This document shows positions 57,667-64,000 of a stretch of DNA of 64,000 bases, piece after piece. Positions within the stretch are counted from its first letter, which is position 1; each line of letters starts with the position of its first letter. The DNA is taken from the NCBI GenBank assembly GCA_963703285.1, contig OY969807.1, positions 896,001 through 960,000 of the forward strand, read 5' to 3'. Both the position numbers and the translations under genes were made by a program. The stretch comes from an uncultured Nitrososphaerota archaeon (GTDB lineage Archaea > Thermoproteota > Nitrososphaeria > Nitrososphaerales > Gagatemarchaeaceae). The notes beneath the pieces are model-generated. The model saw only the letters and a program-made list of their open reading frames with translations, did no database searches and was not told the DNA's origin.

Positions 57667-58658
57667 TCACCTTTCTTCTCCGTCGCAGCTGTCGCAGGAG
57701 CCGCTGCAGGAGCCGCCGCGGGGGCAGCAGGAGCCGCGGGCGCAGGAGCCGCAGGAGGAGGAGTCGCCGTCTTCAGAGGCCACCTCTTGCTGTCGAAGTC
57801 GTGGTTGTAGGTCTCGCCGGAGATGGTGCCGGTCATGATGGACCGGAGCACCGGCCAGTTCACCGGCAGGACTGCGAAGTAGATGTGCCCCGCCAGGAGG
57901 CCGATGAGGAGGAAGGCGAAGACGTCGTGCCAGAGCCTGAGAGCGTTCTCGAAGCCAGGCCCTATCGCTGGCAGCAGCCCGTAGGGGTTCCAGAGGTAGA
58001 TGCCCGAGATACCGAGTACCACCAGACACAATACCAAGCCCCAGTGGAAGAGCTTCATGAACGCGTCGTACTTGCCGTGCCTCGGCTGTGTCTTGGGGCC
58101 GAAACCGAAGAAGCCGATGAGGCGGGTCCCCGTGTCGGTGATGTCAGCCTTGCCCGGGAGGATCCGCTTGCCCGTCCTCGTCACAGCGAGGTCCCAGCAG
58201 ACGTGTATCACTATCAGACCGAGCAGGAGCCAGAGCATGTCGGTGTGCCAGTTGAGCGCCACGAGCGTCGCGCTGGCGCTGGAGCCGCTGACTCCGAACG
58301 CCGCCATGACACCGTTGAACGTGCCCGGTGAATAAATCGAGAGGCCGCTCAGCGCTATCAGGCCGAGTATCATGAACAGTGACCAGTGAAAGAGGCGCTC
58401 GACGATGTCGAAGGCCTTCACCTTGTTACCAGGGACATCCACAGGCGTCCCGCCCGAGCGCGGGGGCTGCCTGTACGCCCTCCTCACGAAGTGTATCGCG
58501 AAGACGGCCGCGAAGAACAGTACTATCGCCGCGGCCCAGTCGGTCGGCAATCTGCCGCCCGTGGACACCGTCTGAGTGTTCGTCTGCAGAACGGTCGACT
58601 GAAGAACACCTAAAGGATTCAACCTACTATTTCGCTCTCCGTTTGTTCGAACCGCCAA
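57663..58658 (-). CDS. FdnI/hydrogenase-type di-haem cytochrome b membrane anchor
   Basis: ERLFHW, WH..IH, GKYDA..KLFHW, WHD..GHIYFA, SIMTG. Confidence 0.85.
   Translation of the reverse strand: MAVRTNGERNSRLNPLGVLQSTVLQTNTQTVSTGGRLPTDWAAAIVLFFAAVFAIHFVRRAYRQPPRSGGTPVDVPGNKVKAFDIVERLFHWSLFMILGLIALSGLSIYSPGTFNGVMAAFGVSGSSASATLVALNWHTDMLWLLLGLIVIHVCWDLAVTRTGKRILPGKADITDTGTRLIGFFGFGPKTQPRHGKYDAFMKLFHWGLVLCLVVLGISGIYLWNPYGLLPAIGPGFENALRLWHDVFAFLLIGLLAGHIYFAVLPVNWPVLRSIMTGTISGETYNHDFDSKRWPLKTATPPPAAPAPAAPAAPAAAPAAAPATAATEKKGE
57688..57762 (-). repeat. Imperfect GCAGGAGCC tandem repeat encoding an Ala/Pro-rich tail
   Basis: TPPPAAPAPAAPAAPAAAPAAAPA at the cytochrome b C-terminus. Confidence 0.7.
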
Positions 58659-58799
58659 ACGGCGTATATCTGTAATTACCCGTATCAGTTTGGGTAAGGT
58701 ATATAATGAACAGATAGTCGAAATACCCCAATGGGTTCGGGTAATACAGATGTTTCAGCGTCATCCAAATCTCACAAACTGCAAGATTCAGGCCTCAGA

Positions 58800-59141
58800 C
58801 AGAATGTTTCACGCAGCCTCGTGCAGGTCGTCGGCAACCTGCTGGACAACGCCGCGAAGTTCGCCGGGCGAGAGATCCTCGTGACGGCGGGAGAGATGGA
58901 CGGGATGGCCGCGGTCGAAGTGAGGGATGACGGTCCCGGCATAGCGCCAGACCTGTTTCCTGTGCTCTTCACAAAGTTCAGTGGAAAATCGCAGGGTGGG
59001 ACTGGTCTCGGGCTGTTCATATGCAGGGGAATTATCGAAGCCCACAGCGGCAGCATCTCGATCTCCAACAGCGCACAGTACGGCAGCGGTGGAGCGACCT
59101 TTAGGTTCACGGTTCCGATGGCGCCCAAAGATTCGGCGTGA
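58800..59141 (+). pseudogene. Orphan histidine-kinase ATPase (HATPase_c) fragment
   Basis: QVVGNLLDNAAKF, DDGPGI, GTGLGL, GATFRF; no HisKA or sensor domain upstream. Confidence 0.75.
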
Positions 59142-59192
59142 AAATCGGGTTTCAGAACCCCTAGGCCTGCCTAAGCGGGGGCGTGAAAAGGA

Positions 59193-59218
59193 TGGCCCAG
59201 GCGAGGTTTGAACCCTCG
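59193..59218 (-). other. Degenerate tRNA 3'-end-like fragment (possible att remnant)
   Basis: Reverse complement CGAGGGTTCAAACCTCGCCTGGGCCA. Confidence 0.35.
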
Positions 59219-59287
59219 TTAGAGTAACATTTCTCCATCCTGGCATATATACCGAGTAACCAAGTTGTTGCATAGGAAGCGTTTGCG

Positions 59288-59491
59288 TTGAGCATCGACG
59301 ACGATAGGGAATCAGAGGAAGAGAGTAGAGCGATAGCAGATGAACAGAAAGAAATCACCGAACCCGAATCCGAGACAAGAGAAGAAGCCAGCTCGGAAGA
59401 AGGAGAGGCTGAGATCGAAGAAGATGGCGCGGACGAATCGGAAGAATTGGAGGAAGGCACGGAGGCAAGCGTTCCAACAGAGATGGATTGA
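59288..59491 (+). CDS. Short, extremely acidic ORF (possibly a truncated gene)
   Basis: Glu-rich 67 aa with TTG start. Confidence 0.45.
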   Translation: MSIDDDRESEEESRAIADEQKEITEPESETREEASSEEGEAEIEEDGADESEELEEGTEASVPTEMD

Positions 59492-59682
59492 CAAACGGGA
59501 AATGGTTCTCGAACGTTGGGCGTCCTTGAGATGGAGAAGTATCCGGATTAGTGAGCCTACCGATTTCCTGCAATGAAAAGCCAAGTGTCATTGGACAAAC
59601 TTTTTGTCATCGGTTTTTGGGTGAGGGGCTTGTTCGGACAAACACGTAAATCAAGCCCACCCATGGAAACTAACGATGTGCC

Positions 59683-59994
59683 ATGAAGGCCGCGGCGAGG
59701 CTTGCGTTGGGGCTGGTCGTCGTTATGGTCGTGGCTATCCTCTTCCTCCTTCCGATCGCGCCTATCCCAATAGGCCCCTCGACGGTACCCTCGTGTGCGA
59801 ACCCTCCTCCTGGATACCTCCCGTGCACGGTCTTCTTCTCGGGAGAGGCCAAGGCGTCTCTCGCATACGCCTACCTCGGTCTCGGAGCCGTCCAAGTGTC
59901 TAATTCGTCGGCAGGAGGCCGCGCTTACTGCTTCATGTATGGCAATCCAGGCGTGATGTGCGGGATGAGCTTGGAGCGGATGAACGGCAGATGA
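59683..59994 (+). CDS. Small secreted or anchored protein with four Cys
   Basis: N-terminal TM segment, Pro-rich stretch, Cys residues. Confidence 0.6.
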   Translation: MKAAARLALGLVVVMVVAILFLLPIAPIPIGPSTVPSCANPPPGYLPCTVFFSGEAKASLAYAYLGLGAVQVSNSSAGGRAYCFMYGNPGVMCGMSLERMNGR

Positions 59995-60097
59995 ACATGA
60001 GCCCCCCGTTTGGAGTCGCGAGAAGGTCTTCAGCGACAAAGGGTTTGTCCAATTGACAAAAGGTATGCCCATCCGCACCAAGATTCAAGCGAAGTTA

Positions 60098-60147
60098 GGT
60101 GCCCCGGGCGGGAGTCAGACTTTAGGTTCGAATCCCTTCCGGTCCCA
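60098..60147. other. Two back-to-back tRNA 3'-end-like fragments
   Basis: Minus strand GACTCCCGCCCGGGGCACC (60098-60116); plus strand GGTTCGAATCCCTTCCGGTCCCA (60125-60147). Confidence 0.45.
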
Positions 60148-60455
60148 GCCATCGGGGATGTGGAAGCCCGTCGACCTCCACATCGCAAAGCACAGGTGGG
60201 GCATAACTTCCACATACCGCACCGAGAAAAAGCAACGGTGCCATCAGCTAGCCTGCGAGAACTCCTTCAGCAGTTGGACCTTCTCTTTCGCACTCCTCTT
60301 GTGTTCCTTGGCAAAGTCAGCCCAGGTTGGTCGACACGCAAGCCAAACTTGTTGGGGCAAAAAGTTAAGGCGAAGATTAGGAATCGAGTTGCTATGGCCG
60401 GAAAGGACGTCCTATCAGTCGACGTCTATATCTGGCCCTGGCTAGCCTTGAAAGT

Positions 60456-60938
60456 TTGAACTATGCCCTAATCGCGCTGCTATCTGTTCACTTGCTCCTG
60501 GCGCTCGGTTGGCTTGGCGGGGAGCTGATGACGGCCTTCGTCATAGGACCGGGGCTGCAGAAGATATCCTTGCAATCCAGGCGCGAATTTGTCGCCAAAG
60601 TGACCCCGGGGGCAGTCAGATACGTGGAGTGGATGATCGTCGGAACCGGTGTCACAGGGTTTCTTCTGGCCTTCGTCACGCCGTCCCAAGTAGAGGCTAG
60701 CGGCGCCGTGGTAGCAGCCGGAATCGTGCTGGCGTTGATGGCTGCCGCCATCGAGGTGGTGGTGACCTCGCCCTCATTCAAGAAGATGGCGTCCCTGGCG
60801 GATGCCCTGCTGAAGAGCGGGCAGCAGACTCCTTCCCCAGAGATGGCCAGGCACGAGAAGAGGGCTCGCTGGGGCTCGTTGGCTGGCTCTGGCCTGCTAG
60901 TCGTCGTCCTCGTCTTGATGGTTATCACCGGCCTCTAG
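60456..60938 (+). CDS. Four-TM membrane protein (DUF2269/CopD-like)
   Basis: VHLLLALGWLGG, TG..L, C-terminal VLVLMV. Confidence 0.7.
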   Translation: MNYALIALLSVHLLLALGWLGGELMTAFVIGPGLQKISLQSRREFVAKVTPGAVRYVEWMIVGTGVTGFLLAFVTPSQVEASGAVVAAGIVLALMAAAIEVVVTSPSFKKMASLADALLKSGQQTPSPEMARHEKRARWGSLAGSGLLVVVLVLMVITGL

Positions 60939-60999
60939 TTCCGGGATTTGGAGAGAGAAACTCCATTACATTCCTTCTTATCATTGGGCTCGGTTTTGT

Positions 61000-61239
61000 T
61001 TGTCCTTATCAGGAAGTGCAGTCTTGCAACACATATCTCGAAGACATAATTATGGGACTGCGGCTTCATCTCAGAAGTTGTCCAATTCGGCGCAAGAGGA
61101 AGAGAAGCTGAGGAAGCTGTACGACCAAGCTCGCACACAGGGAAATAAGAAGAAGAAAAAGGAATACAAGGAGAAGATTGCCGAACTGAACCGACTCCGC
61201 AAGACCGTTCAGCGGGAAAGTAACAAGTCGAAAAGCTAG
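61000..61239 (+). CDS. Small basic coiled-coil ORF
   Basis: Lys/Glu-rich; no recognised family. Confidence 0.35.
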   Translation: MSLSGSAVLQHISRRHNYGTAASSQKLSNSAQEEEKLRKLYDQARTQGNKKKKKEYKEKIAELNRLRKTVQRESNKSKS

Positions 61240-61644
61240 AGTTTCCCGGCACCTGTCTTCTTTCGTTGGTTCAGGATCAAGGCAGCGGAAAGTCTCCGGC
61301 TGATGAATGCGAAGATGTGACCCCGACCAGCCCAACGCTTGGCAGAGCTACTTCCAGACTGCAAACAATTTAAGCAAGGGTCGAAATCTTCAGCCACATG
61401 GCAAAGTCGAAGACGGTCAAGAAGAAGGCCGTCAAGAAAAAGGGAACTAGTTAGGGCGGGTCCAGCTACTCAACCTGCAACCTCGCTCAAAGTGCTCATC
61501 AGCGAGTGCAGTGACATCTTGGGGTTGAGAGAAGGGGTCCGCCTTCCGCTTTTTGTTAGATAGAAGAAGCGACGTAGATTAGCAAGCCGAACCGAATACG
61601 GCTGAAGAACAATGCATACTTGAGTCAGGAACTGGTAAAATCCG

Positions 61645-61953
61645 TTATTCTTCTAGATGAACCTGAACCACGCGGTCCATCTGCTCCCCCGCCTTCGTCA
61701 CCTTGAACTCAATCAAAAATATGGCTTTGCGAACAGGGATGGAGTGATGAGAAGTCGTACGCACTTCGCGATAGGTCTCTCCTCTATATGTCACCTTGAC
61801 CCCCTGCTTGGTCTTGGTCTTGCCCTTCGACTTCATGGCCGCTAGACAGAGGTTGTAGATGGTTCCTCTTGAAAACCCCAGTCCTTGATCGAGATGTTCG
61901 AGGTAGCCCTTTGAAGTGAGGTGTCCCTCCCTTGCACCTGAGCGGTAGCTCAA
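61645..61953 (-). CDS. Hypothetical basic protein or gene fragment
   Basis: 102-aa ORF in the variable island. Confidence 0.4.
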   Translation of the reverse strand: MSYRSGAREGHLTSKGYLEHLDQGLGFSRGTIYNLCLAAMKSKGKTKTKQGVKVTYRGETYREVRTTSHHSIPVRKAIFLIEFKVTKAGEQMDRVVQVHLEE

Positions 61954-62392
61954 TTACTCCACCGGACCTTGCCAATCACATTAGGCTCCCTTCTGAACTT
62001 CGAGAAACTAATTGGCCGTTGGCGGACCTGTTGCCAATTTCCGTGACCCTAACTTTCATTAAATCATGCCCAACCGCTTTCTCAAATCTTGCAACTGAGA
62101 GCATAAGGGTGACGATTTCTACCAACCTGGAATCGTTGTGAACTTGGGAAAGGAAGACGTTCGCGTATGACTTCGCAAAGCAGACAACAACCAAGATTTC
62201 GTTAATCTGGACGAGTATCTAAAGACGTTCAAGCGTAACCCGAAGGCCAACAAAGTTAGAGAGCCCACCAAGTTAACACCCGTAAAAGATGTTATCTAGT
62301 CCAGCATTTAGTCTATCATAGCAACTCCTATCCGACTGAGAAGCCTATTAGGAGGCAGACAAGGGTCAGGGTCGTCAGATAGTGATAAAGGC

Positions 62393-64000
62393 GTGAGCCA
62401 GCAACAGGTCCAGCTCAAGGTTCTGGAGGCGTACACCCGCGATGTGGGTCGGGGTGTGGCGAGGCTGGACTATGCCGCGATGGGCACATTGACCGCGTCC
62501 ACGGGAGACGTAATCGAGGTCAAGGGAAAGAGACGGACGGTCGCGAAGTGCCTCCCTCTCTACCCCTCGGATGAAGGCAGAGGAATACTAAGGATCGACG
62601 GTGTCATCAGGAACAATGCTGGCGTCGCTATCGGTGACACGGTCATTGCAAAGAAGGTCAGGGCCCCGCCTGCTGAGAAGGTTGTGGTCGCTCCACTCGA
62701 CGCCGTACCGCCTATCGACGAGAGATACTTGGCGGATGCCCTCGATAGCGTCCCGGTAACGAAGGGGGACAACGTCATTGTACCCTACTTCGGTGGGAGG
62801 CTCACTTTCCAGGTTACTGGGGTAAGTCCTGTCGCAGAAGCGGCGCTGATAACCCAGAGAACGGTCTTCGTCATCTCTGAGAAGCGCGAAGCTCTGAGGG
62901 GAGTACCACAGGTCACCTACGAAGATATCGGCGGCATAAAGGGCGAGATCCAGAAGGTAAGGGAGATGATCGAACTCCCCCTGAGACATCCGGAGATTTT
63001 CGAGAAGTTGGGTGTCGAAGCACCAAAGGGAGTTCTCCTCTACGGCCCTCCGGGAACCGGCAAGACGCTCCTGGCGAAGGCCGTATCTACCGAGAGCAAC
63101 GCTCACTTCATCCCGATAGGTGGTCCGGAGATTATGAGCAAGTTCTACGGGGAGTCGGAGGCAAGACTCAGGGAGATATTCAAGGAGGCAAACGAGAAGG
63201 CACCCACCATCATCTTCATCGACGAGATCGACTCGATAGCTCCAAAGCGCGAGGAAGTAACCGGAGAAGTCGAGAGGAGGGTTGTCAGCCAGTTGCTCTC
63301 CCTGATGGATGGCCTCGAAGCTAGGGGAAAGGTCATAGTGATGGCGGCCACCAACCGGCCCAACGCGCTGGACCCAGCACTCCGAAGACCTGGCAGGTTT
63401 GACAGGGAGATCGAGATCAAGGTCCCAGACAAGAAGGGGAGATACGAGATACTGCAGATCCACACGCGCAACATGCCACTTCAGCCGGACGTCGACCTGG
63501 AGAGGCTCGCCTCGGTGTCGCACGGGTTCGTCGGGGCGGACCTCGAGTATCTCTGCAAAGAGGCCGCCATGAAGACCCTAAGAAGGATGCTGCCAGAGCT
63601 GAACCTCGGGGAAGAGACGCTGAGCCCTGAGACGCTCGACAAGCTGATCGTCACGGGGGACGACTTCGAGAAGGCGCTGAAGGACATCATACCATCGGCA
63701 ATGAGAGAGGTGTATCTCGAAACGCCGGACGTGAAGTGGTCTGAGATCGGAGGGCTGGAGGACGTCAAGAGGGAACTCCAAGAGGCTGTGGAGTGGCCGC
63801 TCAAATTCTCTGACCTGTACAAGGCGATAGGCTACAACATGCCGAAGGGCGTCCTTCTATTCGGCCCATCCGGGACTGGAAAGACGCTGCTCGCCAAGGC
63901 GGTAGCGACCGAGAGCGAGGCGAACTTCATCAGCGTCAGGGGACCAGAGCTGCTCAGCAAGTGGGTGGGTGAATCGGAAAGGGGGGTGCGAGAGGTCTTC
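62393..64000 (+). CDS. cdc48: CDC48/VCP AAA+ ATPase (3' end runs off the window)
   Basis: GTG start; [14 protein letters not shown]; [21 protein letters not shown]; second Walker A GPSGTGKT; absent from the ORF track because no stop is in the window. Confidence 0.97.
   Translation, partial: MSQQQVQLKVLEAYTRDVGRGVARLDYAAMGTLTASTGDVIEVKGKRRTVAKCLPLYPSDEGRGILRIDGVIRNNAGVAIGDTVIAKKVRAPPAEKVVVAPLDAVPPIDERYLADALDSVPVTKGDNVIVPYFGGRLTFQVTGVSPVAEAALITQRTVFVISEKREALRGVPQVTYEDIGGIKGEIQKVREMIELPLRHPEIFEKLGVEAPKGVLLYGPPGTGKTLLAKAVSTESNAHFIPIGGPEIMSKFYGESEARLREIFKEANEKAPTIIFIDEIDSIAPKREEVTGEVERRVVSQLLSLMDGLEARGKVIVMAATNRPNALDPALRRPGRFDREIEIKVPDKKGRYEILQIHTRNMPLQPDVDLERLASVSHGFVGADLEYLCKEAAMKTLRRMLPELNLGEETLSPETLDKLIVTGDDFEKALKDIIPSAMREVYLETPDVKWSEIGGLEDVKRELQEAVEWPLKFSDLYKAIGYNMPKGVLLFGPSGTGKTLLAKAVATESEANFISVRGPELLSKWVGESERGVREVF

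Noticed and set aside
57688-57762. Tandem repeat as a CRISPR array or regulatory repeat
   Set aside because: Short, imperfect and spacer-less; it encodes an Ala/Pro tail. No CRISPR array or cas gene was seen in the window.
60010-60459. Overlapping 149-aa and 130-aa ORFs
   Set aside because: No motifs and atypical composition; they overlap the tRNA-like scars and are probably non-coding or decayed.
62588-63822. Long minus-strand ORFs (311, 109 and 113 aa)
   Set aside because: Antisense shadows of cdc48.

Overview
This is a GC-rich archaeal window. The Cdc48 N-terminus ([27 protein letters not shown]), archaeal-type PEP carboxylase, SUI1 and an intron-containing tRNA point to a Nitrososphaerota (Thaumarchaeota)-like organism; no amo genes are present here, and the taxonomy is an inference. 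In order, it carries: an FmdE-like gene and an ars cluster (arsR, degenerate arsC, acr3); a second arsR ahead of a putative CydA-fold membrane protein, Rieske protein, small subunit and cytochrome b; a pstSCAB-phoU locus with its regulator; ppcA and pyk; a tRNA(CAU) that appears to carry three introns, next to a decayed PD-(D/E)xK nuclease; and SUI1, TauE/DUF1634 and a USP. These are followed by a heptose/glycosylation cluster and a bacterial-like coproporphyrin-type haem cluster (hemA-C-D-B-L-E-H, a radical SAM enzyme, and divergent hemY). The second half holds secreted metalloproteins, an uncharacterised OsmC-like/ACAD/PhnD-like/MetE-like operon, tandem retropepsins with a DUF5678-like gene, and a Tat-exported PaoABC-like molybdo-hydroxylase with mocA and a cytochrome b. 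It ends with a decayed, less GC-rich island containing tRNA 3'-end remnants and a partial cdc48. All family calls come from motif recognition by eye; no database searches were run.
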